Shown: positions 19,725-32,060 of the stretch, piece by piece
Position numbering within the stretch: the stretch's first letter is position 1
How the letters are laid out: each line of letters opens with the position of its first letter
Assembly: GCA_950097015.1 (NCBI GenBank)
Contig: CATNEN010000038.1
Coordinates: forward strand, 27,776,001 to 27,840,000
Length of the DNA stretch: 64,000 bases
Source of the DNA: Macrostomum hystrix
Taxonomy: Eukaryota; Animalia; Platyhelminthes
Direction of reading: 5' to 3'
Program-made: the position numbers and the translations under genes
The notes under the pieces: model-generated
The model's database searches: none
Told to the model about the DNA's origin: nothing
The model's input: only the letters and a program-made list of their open reading frames with translations

Positions 19725-22700
19725 TCACTCGGGTCCAACGCATGAGTCATCTTTATTTGAACCAATCGCGGCGTTGGGCCTTCTAAACTCGCCGGCGCCT
19801 GCGCTAGCTACAAGAAGTAGGGTGCGCGAATTGCAACTATTGTAAGTTGTTGATCGACCAATTAGGAAAGGAGTTTCAGATAGTTGACACTGCTGGTCCT
19901 TGACGTCCGCATTGGTCAAGTTTGACGCCAGTGCAGTGGTCGGCGTCTCTGACCTAGTCGCTGTGTAATTAAAAGAATTACACCTGGGAATTGGTGGCTG
20001 CTCGCGAGTTGGTTGAAACGATAATGACAGATTGTGCCGCAGCTGATGCTGCTGATACATCACGGAGCTGGTTCGTCGAGAGCGCATATCCGAGCGGCCC
20101 CTGGCGCACGGACAGCAGCAGCAGAAGCGACGCAGATAGAAATTGCAGACTGGGTCGCAGGACTGGATGTACAGGAATGGATTAACGGCGCTGTTGCAGA
20201 GAAGAAGCCACCAGCACACCTGACATTTTTCAAGGAAGAATTAAAACTTGATTGCTAAAGTTTTCTTGACCAATAGCTCACTCCGTGACTGCATGCGCCC
20301 AATGTGGCCACGCCGCGGAATCGAGCTCAGGAATCGACCTTGGCGCGAGTGGCAAACGCGTAAACCAACTCTGCCACTCACCCCCTTTCAATATCTACTA
20401 AAGGAATCAATCGAAACATCATCTTTGCACTAGATGGCCATAGACTAAATTTCTCACTTTTGTTAGCTTCTTTGGTCGACATGTCTATGGCCAAGATGGA
20501 CATGCATTTAATGTAAAAACAGTAAAATAAGTCATCTGTACTCAGCATCTTCTTAAAAGCCAGCTTTATAAGCCTGGTATTTCACCATTTTTCTTTCACT
20601 CTCGACAATCCGTTTTCTTTGCGGTGTTCAGTTCTATTCTGTTCTGTAACAAAATTAATTTAGCTTACACTCCTTCACCTAACTGCAACAGGAAGCAGCT
20701 ACGGGAGGTTTGTGGTCGCAAAGTATTTTACTTTGAAAAATGGCAATGCCTGCTATAGGCCAGCGAATGTACTTTTAGCATCTGGTTACTTAGAATGCGA
20801 ATGTTCTTAGCCTCTGTCAGAAATTCACGGAGTAGGAACTATCAGTGCCTGAATAAAATGCTAATGTCTGCACCAATGCTGCTTGCATTAAATAAGCCTA
20901 GTAAATAGTAGGCATTTTAGTTTTTAACACTTCAATTCAAGCTATTTGGTATGTGCAGCTTAAATATAGAAAGATGCTTTAGTTTAAAAGTGTACCTACG
21001 ATTATTTACTGAGGGCGAATTTTAATGATCTCAGGAGATCAATTTTGATTTGGGGCATTGCCATCATTTGGGGCATTGCCACCATGGATTTGGGGGATTT
21101 CCAGCATGGATTTGGGGCATTGCCACCATGGATTTGGGGGATTTCCAGCATGGATTTGGGGCATTGGCACCATGGATTTGGGGGATTTCCAGCATGGATT
21201 TAGGGCATTGGCACCATGGATTTGGGGGATTTCCAGCATGGATTTAGGGCATTGGCACCATGGATTTGGGGCATTGCCACCATGGATTTGGGGGATTTCC
21301 AGCCTGGATTTGGGGGATTTCCAGCATGAATTCGGGGGATTTCCACCATGGATTCGGGGGATTACAACCATGGATTTGGGGGATTTCCAGCATGGATTTG
21401 GGGCATTGTCACCATGGATTTGGGGGATTTCCAGCATGGATTTAGGGCATTGTCACCATGGATTCGGGGGATTAACACCATGGATTTGGGGGATTTCCAG
21501 CATGGATTTAGGGCATTGGCACCATGGATTTGGGGGATTTCCAGCATGGATTTAGGGCATTAGCACCATGGATTTGGGGGATTGCCACCATAAATTTGGG
21601 GGATTTCCAGCATGGATTTGGGGGATTTCCACCATGGATTTGGGGGATTTCCAGCATGGATTTAGGGCATTGTCACCATGGATTCGGGGGATTAACACCA
21701 TGGATTTGGGGGATTTCCAGCATGGATTTAGGGCATTGGCACCATGGATTTGGGGGATTTCCAGCATGGATTTAGGGCATTAGCACCATGGATTTGGGGG
21801 ATTGCCACCATAAATTTGGGGGATTTCCAGCATGGATTTGGGGGATTTCCACCATGGATTCGGGCGATTACCACCATGGATTTGGGGGATTTCCAGCATG
21901 GATTTGGGGCATTGTCACCATGGATTTGGGGGATTTCCAGCATGGATTTAGGGCATTGTCACCATGGATTCGGGGGATTAACACCATGGATTTGGGGGAT
22001 TTCCAGCATGGATTTAGGGCATTGGCACCATGGATTTGGGGGATTTCCAGCATGGATTTAGGGCATTAGCACCATGGATTTGGGGGATTGCCACCATAAA
22101 TTTGGGGGATTTCCAGCATGGATTTGGGGGATTTCCACCATGGATTTGGGGGATTTCCAGCATGGATTTAGGGCATTGTCACCATGGATTCGGGGGATTA
22201 ACACCATGGATTTGGGGGATTTCCAGCATGGATTTAGGGCATTGGCACCATGGATTTGGGGGATTTCCAGCATGGATTTAGGGCATTAGCACCATGGATT
22301 TGGGGGATTGCCACCATAAATTTGGGGGATTTCCAGCATGGATTTGGGGGATTTCCACCATGGATTCGGGCGATTACCACCATGGATTTGGGGGATTTCC
22401 AGCATGGATTTAGGGCATTGCCACCATAAATTTGGGGGATTTCCAGCATGGATTTGGGGCATTGCCACCATGGATTTGGGGGATTTCCAGCATGGATTTG
22501 GGGGATTTCCAGCATGAATTCGGGGGATTTCCACCATAAATTTGGGGGATTTCCAGCATGGATTTGGGGGATTTCCAGCATGGATTTGGGGGATTTCCAC
22601 CATGGATTCGGGGGATTTCCAGCATGGATTTAGGGCATTGTCACCATGGATTCGGGGGATTAACACCATGGATTTGGGGGATTTCCAGCATGGATTTAGG

Positions 22701-24218
22701 GCATTGGCACCATGGATTTGGGGGATTAACACCATGGATTTGGGGGATTTCCAGCATGGATTTAGGGCATTGGCACCATGGATTTGGGGGATTTCCAGCA
22801 TGGATTTGGGGCATTGTCACCATGGATTTGGGGGATTTCCAGCATGGATTTAGGGCATTGGCACCATGGATTTGGGGGATTTCCAGCATGAATTCGGGGG
22901 ATTTCCACCATGGATTCGGGGGATTACCACCATGGATTTGGGGGATTTCCAGCATGGATTTGGGGCATTGTCACCATGGATTTGGGGGATTTCCAGCATG
23001 GATTTAGGGCATTGTCACCATGGATTCGGGGGATTAACACCATGGATTTGGGGGATTTCCAGCATGGATTTAGGGCATTGGCACCATGGATTTGGGGGAT
23101 TTCCAGCATGGATTTAGGGCATTAGCACCATGGATTTGGGGGATTGCCACCATAAATTTGGGGGATTTCCAGCATGGATTTGGGGGATTTCCACCATGGA
23201 TTCGGGCGATTACCACCATGGATTTGGGGGATTTCCAGCATGGATTTAGGGCATTGTCACCATGGATTTGGGGGATTTCCAGCATGAATTCGGGGGATTA
23301 CCACCATGGATTTGGGGGATTGCCACCATGGATTTGGGGGATTTCTAGCATGAATTCGGGTGATTGCCACCATGGATTTAGTTGGTTGTCACAAAGAATT
23401 CTGCTCACCTGGAACAGGTGAAACAGTGGTCGACCAGGCGAGAACAAGTTAGCTGAGACGGCACACCTCAGTAACACCATGGCCATGCAAGGCAACCACA
23501 TGGTGGTGTAGATTGAGTCGAACAGTATCAGCCATCTTCCAGCCTTGCGACTAGCCTTATTGGCCTGCCTAATCATGGAGTTGTGCCTGGCAAACTGGGC
23601 CAATCCGTCCTGTACATTGAAGAATAGGCGCTTGCGTCTGGTCATGCGATGATAGACCAGGCCGCTACTAATGACAGTAGCCGCGAATGGTAGAAAGAAT
23701 TGCACCAGAACGCCGCCTAGTTGAATGCCCAGGTGTTCCTCGTATTGTACAGCGCAGGTAGCAGCATCGGGTTCAGTAGCATTGGCAGCTTCCGGCCAAA
23801 GTAGAATGAGAGGCGTATGAAAATTTGCCAGCATGAATGCTCCAGTGAGGATGCACAGAATTTTTCTTCTAGTCTGCAGTTTCTGATAGCGCAACGGCTC
23901 GAACACCAGGACGCAACGGTCGAAACTGAGAATGGCCACGCAATAGGAGGACATGCTGCACAATAGGTAGTCCAGTATTAGATAGGGTTTGCACAGCAAC
24001 CCGGGTAAAGGCCATTGGAATGCGTTCAACGTGAACACGGCGTAGATCGGCACATCGACTAGGCAGACTAGCAGGTCGATGCCTGCCATCATCGTGATGA
24101 TGAAGAAATAGGGACTGGACGCTCGACCGAAGCGACCCATGCCGTAGATGACGGCGATGTTGCCAGCGGTGCCTAGCAACACCATGGTCGAGATGGCTGT
24201 GGCTGAGACTGCCAACAT
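19725..24218 (-). CDS. Class A (rhodopsin-family) GPCR, aminergic histamine H3/muscarinic-like; 2 coding exons, ~434 aa
   Basis: Exons 24218-23409 (CAG|GTGAGC) and 20219-19725 (tcag|GTG), phase 0. TM1 GN, TM2 D, WPLPGLLC, TM3 LILDYLLC...SFDRC, TM5 FFLPF, TM6 MWLP, TM7 WWLLLCNSAVNPFLY, Cys cluster in the tail. An upstream exon is possible (in-frame acceptor ~24252). Confidence 0.88.
20280..20385 (-). mobile_element. tRNA-derived SINE (family A) in the GPCR intron
   Basis: AATGTGGCC..CGCGGAATCGAGCTCAGG..GGCAAACGCG..CTCTGCCACTCACCCC matches 10194-10274. Confidence 0.7.
21048..23380. repeat. 22-bp minisatellite (CATGGATTTGGGGGATTTCCAG and variants) with higher-order blocks, in the GPCR intron
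   Basis: About 105 units. Identical ORF translations recur at a 506-bp offset (21524/22030, 21568/22074) and partly at 220 bp. Confidence 0.96.
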
Positions 24219-25029
24219 GTTCGCTCTGACTGTCTTCTGTCGATTTGTTGACTGTCAATTGGAGAGACTTAAAGATGACACACTTTTTTGTCTATAGAAG
24301 AAGATTATATTTTAGGGAATAGATTTGAAAAGCTGAGAGGATAATTGGACGACCGAAGGCCAGCCAATCAGAAACGCGCTCACGGCAATCATTGAAGGCG
24401 ATGTAGAAGTAAAGCGACAAGATAAAACTACGTATAAGAATAGGCTGCAATTATATAACCATGAAATGAGAAAGCTCAGGCGAAAGTGTTACACAGAAAA
24501 AAGGAAATAAGAGGTTGAGATTTTTTAGGGTAAGATCGTGAAAAGAAAAATGAGAGAGGCATGAACGAGAGAAGGTTTAAGATTTCCCGTCTAAGCCGGA
24601 GACTTCCTTTATTTTTAATATAATTTTTGCTTCCACTACTTCACAGTTTTACAATTTTAAGCACCTATCGCAAGTTTAGGAAAAATATGGGTATTCCTTA
24701 CGAGTACTATACTATATAGTGTTTAATAAACAATACTATAATAGTATGATTGTGTGTTCTATTATAGAATTTGGGTGCGCTCAAGCAATGAGTATTGTGA
24801 GCTGTCAGGCTTAAATTTATTGAGTAGACTGTCAGTTTTTAATTAAAGCTTTCCTATTCGCTCAGCAGGAAAAATGCTACGGCTGATTGAGTGAAATTCA
24901 GCCCGAATTTTCGGGACAGTTAATTGAGCGTCAAATATTCCCTGTCATGAACTAGGGAATGAAGTGTTATATTAGAAAACTAGTGTTCAAGGAAGATAAG
25001 ACACTAGCACCGTGATGGTGTTATGGTGG

Positions 25030-25890
25030 TGCAGATGTACACACCTGTGCGAGTGTGCGCCTGCGTACAGTGTCTTTGCTCAGGAGTCAGCGGAACGGGC
25101 AGAATTGCCTCCTCGCTGGCTGTGCAGGTTGGGCGCCTATGGAGTCCATGGACTGGAAAGCTGTACATACGCAGCCTTTAGATACGCCGCGCAATACAAG
25201 ACCACAGTGTCTTGACTTAGCGGCAGGGAGCCTCCATGACGGACGCAGCGAGGAGGCGGCCGGTGCCGCCCATATCGCTAACCCCTGGCAGCCGGACGGC
25301 CTCCAGCGAGGCGGTGCCGCTCAGGGTGGTCCGTCGGTCGGTTCCGAGCGCGATCTCCCTCGCCATAGGCTGGGAAGAAATCAGCTCGGCCGGTATTGCG
25401 GAGGAAGTGGGCGAGCTGTGGAATGCTCTCGGGCGAGCAGGCTTCGACTAGGGTCGGCACCGGCCCGAGATGTTTTAGCCTAGCCCGGGTGAAGGCCGGG
25501 CAGTGGCAGATGAAATGCTCGGCGTTTTCACGTCCGGAGCAGCAGAAGGGACACGTTTCCTCGGGCACATGGCCTTGGAGGTAGCGGTGTCTGGTGAAGC
25601 AGCCATGTCCCGAGAGGGCCATGGTGACTGCTCTCAGGTCTCTGCGATTTAGCCTAAGCAAGGCTTTACGCAGGTTACTAGAGGGGGTTGGCACCGCAGC
25701 CCTGGACTGGCGACAGTTCAGGGTGCTAGACCACCTCCTTCGGTGTTGGGTCTCCATCCAGCGGTTGATGTTGGAGTTTACCACAGAAATAGGGATCGGG
25801 GCCTCCGGGCCCGGGCCCATCAGGGAGCTGGCTGCTCCAGCCTTTGCAAGCTGGTCCGCCATCTCATTCCCTGTGAGCCCGGGACCACAG
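25030..25890 (-). mobile_element. 5'-truncated non-LTR retrotransposon (RNase H C-terminus, CCHC knuckle, 3' UTR)
   Basis: [17 protein letters not shown] (RNase H end), [27 protein letters not shown], as in RNase H-bearing I/R1/Loa/Tad-group LINEs. GC-rich relative to flanks. Confidence 0.85.
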
Positions 25891-26349
25891 GGTCTGGTGG
25901 CAGTTCTATTGTTCAAGCTTTCGTGGGACAGAATATGAAAGTTGGGACTTTGATAAAGAAACAATAGTGCGGATTGAGTGCGACGATAGCGTAGGTTAGG
26001 TACTTTCGGTACAGTCTTGTCATTTATTGAATTTTTTTATTAGTTCTTATCAGTAAGCTTAAGTTTCCTGCCGACGGGACCTCATTTTCTGCGGATTATA
26101 TGGACGCAAAAAAACGAGAAGAAAACTATGAAAAAATTAAAGGACAAGCCGAAACTGTTAAAAAAAAAGATTATCACTAAAACTCCAGCAGCCTAGTAGA
26201 TTAGCCTGGGCAGGATTGCGTAGAATTTACCAGCTAAACCAAACTTCCAATCATGTCCGCATGCGGCACGGCTGAACCATTCTGTATCCGACTGGCTTTT
26301 CCTAATGCGCCTTTATCGACTCAAACAGATGGTTCACGGAGACATATGA

Positions 26350-28135
26350 TATTCTCATCACTGAGTGAGAAATTGAGATTCTCATGGCCTATCACTGAGT
26401 GAGAAATTGAGATTCTCATAGCTAATCACTGAGTGAGAAATGAGATTCTCATAGCTAATCACTGAGTGAGAAATGAGATTCTCATAGCTAATCACTGAGT
26501 GAGAAATTGAGATTCTCATAGCTAATCTCTAAGTGAGAAATTGAGATTCTCATAGCTAATCTCTGAGTGAGAAATGAGATTCTCATAGCCAATCTCTAAG
26601 TGAGAAATGAGATTCTCAAGGCTAATCTCTAAGTGAGAAATGAGATTCTCATAGCTAATCACTGAGTGAGAAATGAGATTCTCATAGCTAATCTCTGAGT
26701 GAGAAATGAGATTCTCATAGCTAATCTCTGAGTGAGAAATGAGATTCTTATAGCTAATCTCTGAGTGAGAAATGAGATTCTCATAGCTAATCTCTGAGTG
26801 AGAAATGAGATTCTCAAGGCTAATCTCTGAGTGAGAAATGAGATTCTCAAGGCTAATCTCTGAGTGAGAAATGAGATTCTCATAGCCAATCTCTGAGTGA
26901 GAAATGAGATTCTTATAGCTAATCTCTAAGAGAGAAATGAGATTCTCATAGCTAATCTCTAAGTGAGAAATGAGATTCTCATAGCTAATCTCTGAGTGAG
27001 AAATGAGATTCTCATAGCTAATCTCTAAGTGAGAAATGAGATTCTCATAGCTAATCTCTGAGTGAGAAATGAGATTCTCAAGGCCAATCTCTGAGTGAGA
27101 AATGAGATTCTTATAGCTAATCTCTAAGTGAGAAATGAGATTCTCATAGCTAATCTCTGAGTGAGAAATGAGATTCTCAAGGCCAATCTCTGAGTGAGAA
27201 ATGAGATTCTCATAGCTAATCTCTAAGTGAGAAATGAGATTCTCATAGCTAATCTCTGAGTGAGAAATGAGATTCTCATAGCTAATCTCTAAGTGAGAAA
27301 TGAGATTCTCATAGCTAATCTCTGAGTGAGAAATGAGATTCTCAAGGCCAATCTCTGAGTGAGAAATGAGATTCTCATAGCTAATCTCTAAGTGAGAAAT
27401 GAGATTCTCATAGCTAATCTCTGAGTGAGAAATGAGATTCTCATAGCTAATCTCTAAGTGAGAAATGAGATTCTCATAGCCAATCTCTGAGTGAGAAATG
27501 AGATTCTCAAGGCCAATCTCTGAGTGAGAAATGAGATTCTTATAGCTAATCTCTAAGAGAGAAATGAGATTCTCATAGCTAATCTCTAAGTGAGAAATGA
27601 GATTCTCATAGCTAATCTCTGAGTGAGAAATGAGATTCTCATAGCTAATCTCTAAGTGAGAAATGAGATTCTCATAGCTAATCTCTGAGTGAGAAATGAG
27701 ATTCTCATAGCTAATCTCTAAGTGAGAAATGAGATTCTCATAGCTAATCTCTGAGTGAGAAATGAGATTCTCATAGCTAATCTCTGAGTGAGAAATGAGA
27801 TTCTCATAGCTAATCTCTAAGTGAGAAATGAGATTCTCAAGGCTAATCTCTGAGTGAGAAATGAGATTCTCATAGCTAATCACTAAGTGAGAAATGAGAT
27901 TCTCATAGCTAATCTCTGAGTGAGAAATGAGATTCTCATAGCTAATCTCTGAGTGAGAAATGAGATTCTCATAGCTAATCACTAAGTGAGAAATGAGATT
28001 CTCAAGGCTAATCTCTGAGTGAGAAATGAGATTCTCATAGCTAATCTCTAAGTGAGAAATGAGATTCTCATAGCTAATCTCTAAGTGAGAAATGAGATTC
28101 TCATAGCTAATCTGGAGTGAGATTTGAGATTCTCA
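26350..28135. repeat. 33-bp minisatellite (GAGTGAGAAATGAGATTCTCATAGCTAATCTCT)
   Basis: Directly visible. Source of the ISYENLISHSE ORF. Confidence 0.96.
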
Positions 28136-28542
28136 GGACCCTTAAAAAATTCGGAGAGCAAAATAAAAACTGTATTATGATGTTAATCTATTAATTTGCT
28201 AAGACAGGTATAGACACTGGCACTGTCCGGTCTAAAAAGTGTTAGCTAGATAAAAAAATTTCACTAAATTAAGTTCACAGGAAGATATTTACTTGAGACT
28301 ATTACGTAATTGTCACGAAACTGTTGCACGTTTTTTAATTCAGAAACTTTTTTCTTACTTGAATCAGAACTAAATGAAAATTATCAAACGAAAAAGAGAT
28401 TACTTAAGCGAGAAAACCAGGTAAAATAAGCACGATTTAAGTTAATTCTCTCTTTAAAAATTGATCCAGATTTTTCTTGACAGACTTGCGATTCTGCGAC
28501 TTAAATTGTTGCCTTACTAACACAGCACACATGTTGTAGATA

Positions 28543-29798
28543 AGTATCAATCTAACACCTGAAGTATCAATCTAACACCTGAAGTATCTATCTAACACCA
28601 CAAGTAATTATCTAACACCTCAAGTATCTATCTAACACCTCAAGTATCAATCTAACACCTCAAGTATCAATCTAACACCGGAAGTATCAATCTAACACCT
28701 GAAGTATCAATCTAACACCTGAAGTATCAATCTAACACCTGAAGTATCAATCTTACACCTCAAGTATCAATCTACACCTGAAGTATCAATCTAACACCTG
28801 AAGTATCAATCTAACACCTGAAGTATCAATATACACCTGAAGTATCAATATACACCTGAAGTATCAATCTAACACCTGAAGTATCAATATACACCTGAAG
28901 TATCAATATACACCTGAAGTATCAATCTAACACCTGAAGTATCAATCTTACACCTAAAGTATCAATCTACACCTGAAGTATCAATCTAACACCTGAAGTA
29001 TCAATCTAACACCTGAAGAATCAATATACACCTGAAGTATCTATCTAACACCTGAAGTATCAATATACACCTGAAGTATCAATATACACCTGAAGTATCT
29101 ATCTAACACCTGAAGTATCTATCTGACACCTGAAGAATCTATCTAACACCTGAAGTATCTATCTGACACCTGAAGAATCTATCTAACACCTGAAGTATCT
29201 ATCTAACACCTGAAGTATCTATCTAACACCTAAAGAATCTATCTAACACCTGAAGTATCAATCTAACACCTGAAGTATCAATATACACCTGAAGTATCTA
29301 TCTAACACCTGAAGTATCAATATACACCTGAAGTATCTATCTAACACCTGAAGTATCTATCTAACACCTGAAGAATCTATCTAACATATAATGTTCCAAT
29401 CTAACAACTGAACTATTTATCAGACACCTAAAGTATCGATCTATCTAACACCTGAAGTATCAATCTAACACCTCAAGTATCCATCTAACACCTGAAGTAT
29501 CACTCTAACACGTGAAGTATCAATATACACCTGAAGTATCAATATACACCTGAAGTATCAATATACACCTGAAGTATCAATATACACCTGAAGTATCAAT
29601 CTACACCTGAAGTATCAATCTACACCTGAAGTATCAATCTAACACCTGAAGTATCAATCTAACACCTGAAGTATCAATCTAACACCTGAAGTATCAATCT
29701 AACACCTGAAGTATCAATCTAACACCTGAAGTATCAATCTAACACCTGAAGTATCAATCTAACACCTGAAGTATCACTCTAACACGTGAAGTATCTAA
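28543..29798. repeat. 19-20-bp minisatellite (GAAGTATCAATCTAACACCT)
   Basis: Directly visible. Confidence 0.95.
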
Positions 29799-30949
29799 CC
29801 AATTTACCAATCTCGTAGATGGATACTTTAGTTATCGTAAAAATATTTCACAATATATAAAATTTGCGAACTAGCACAGCAGGCAAATGAAAAGTACAAC
29901 AATCCGTTGGGCAAGTATTCATAATCAGCTGGCCTAAAAAACTGATGGGCAGCTAAATCAAAGTTGCTGCCTTGTATTCGAATCATATTTTATCGCATAG
30001 CATCGCAGCTTGTCTTCAGGTATAACTATACATCTAGTACGTGTTAGTTTTATTAAGCCCTGCGCATCAACCAAAACCATTAGTTGGACTTTAGGATTAG
30101 GAACAGCTTAGGAATTGGACCTAAAATAAATTTATGGAATAACGTGGCCTCTATAGCAACTGTATTGATTGGCTATCCAAAGTATGATTTTAAGGATTTA
30201 GGAGTTTTTTATAATGCATAATCTATAACTGGTTGCAGAATAAAATGAACGTGTAAAACAAATATTTAAATTGAATATGAAAATCTAGACATTTCAATTT
30301 AACAAATCGCAAATGGATTTAGAGAAAAAATTGAATAGATAAATAGAAATTGGACTAAAATCTGCTAATAAAATAGTTTCTTCGAAGTCGGGAATCGAAC
30401 CCCCGACCTTCAAGACCAATAAGAATCCAAAAATGAACACATGAAGGTCATTTGAAATACAGAGCGAACAAGATGTTCTGCAGTTTCAGTAAATATGTTT
30501 TCTAGTTTATGACTAACTGTGTAGGAGTCAAAAACTTTATTGTAGCAACAAATATAGTACGAAGTAAAAATTATCAAACCTAGCAAAGGTGTAATTATAT
30601 TTCAAATCGTGCAAGATGATGCTATGGAAATGCTTTTGATCCGAATTTAATTATATACACAGCCAGGTGTGCACACAAACAGGCCAGCATTGGCTGATCG
30701 GATGTAATTCAGCAATCATAACTACAGTGTGAGGTCAAGCATGGTTTTGACACATACCTTTGCTGATGCTCAGGTGCCAATATAACGAAGGGAATAAATA
30801 TGACGAGGTCAATTGGGGTCATCTTACGCAAAGAAGGGCTGGATTTTACATTAATGTAGATAATTTTACATGATTTTACAGGAATATCGTTTAGTGATTG
30901 ACAACATAACAAATGTAAAACAAGATTACCAGCTGTTAGACAAGATCAA

Positions 30950-31720
30950 TCCATGTTAGATGTTAGGCAGGATCCCTTAGATAGATCCTAAAGTGTTAGA
31001 AAAAATCCTAAAATGTTAGACAACATCCGAAAGTGTTACATAAGATCTTAAAGTGTTAGATAAGATCCTTAAGTGTTAGATAAGATCCTAAATGTGTTAG
31101 ATAAGATCCTAAAGTGTTAGATAAGATCCTAAAGTGTTACATAAGATCCTAAGGTGTTAGATAAGATCCTAAAGTGTTACATAAGATCCTAAAGTGTTAG
31201 AAAAAGTCCTAAAATGTTAGACAACATCCTAAAGTGTTAGATAAGATCCTAAAGTGTTAGATAAGATCCTAAAGTGTTACATAAGATCCTAAGGTGTTAG
31301 ATAAGATCCTAAAGTGTTACATAAGATCCTAAAGTGTTAAAAAAAGTCCTAAAATGTTAGACAACATCCTAAAGTGTTAGATAAGATCCTAAAGTGTTAC
31401 ATAAGATCCTAAAGTGTTAGATAAGATCCTAAAGTGTTAGATAAGATCCTAAAGTGTTACATAAGATCCTAAACATTAGATAAGATCCTTGGGTGTTAGA
31501 TAACGTCCTTAAGTTTAGATAAGATAATTAAGTGTTACACAATATCCTAAAGCAATAGATAAGATCCTTGGGTGTTAGATAACGTCCTTAAGTTTAGATA
31601 AGATAATTAAGTGTTACACAATATCCTAAAGCAATAGATAAGATCCTTGGGTGTTAGATAACGTCCTTAAGTTTAGATAAGATACTTAAGTGTTACAAAA
31701 TATTCCTAAGTGTTAGATAT
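30950..31720. repeat. 20-bp minisatellite (ATAAGATCCTAAAGTGTTAG)
   Basis: Directly visible, degenerate at both ends. Confidence 0.93.
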
Positions 31721-32060
31721 GATTCATAAGTACCATTACTCATTGTTCTAGCTAATAGCTATTAAGAAAAAGTGTACTTTTAAAACGGAAGAAAATATTT
31801 AAAAGACAAGTTTACGTCAAAGAAAAGAAAAAAGTTATTCGAAAGTTTTCTAAAAAATCTAATATAATTGTACGTCGCGAAAACTTGCATCACTAAAAAT
31901 TAAGACAAGCATGAGAAATCATACCTTTCGTCTCTAAGTAATTTATTTTTTCCCTTATTCTAAGTAGTAGGACTAAGACAATCTACTAGTCTATTTAAAC
32001 AGACTTTAACAGACAGTTAGACAAAAATTTTTTGGTAAACTTTCACAGAACCAAATTCAA

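Noticed and set aside
21039-23421. Many short repetitive ORFs
   Set aside because: Translations of the intronic 22-bp satellite.
26522-27982. 486-aa ISYENLISHSE ORF
   Set aside because: Translation of a 33-bp satellite with no unique coding flank.
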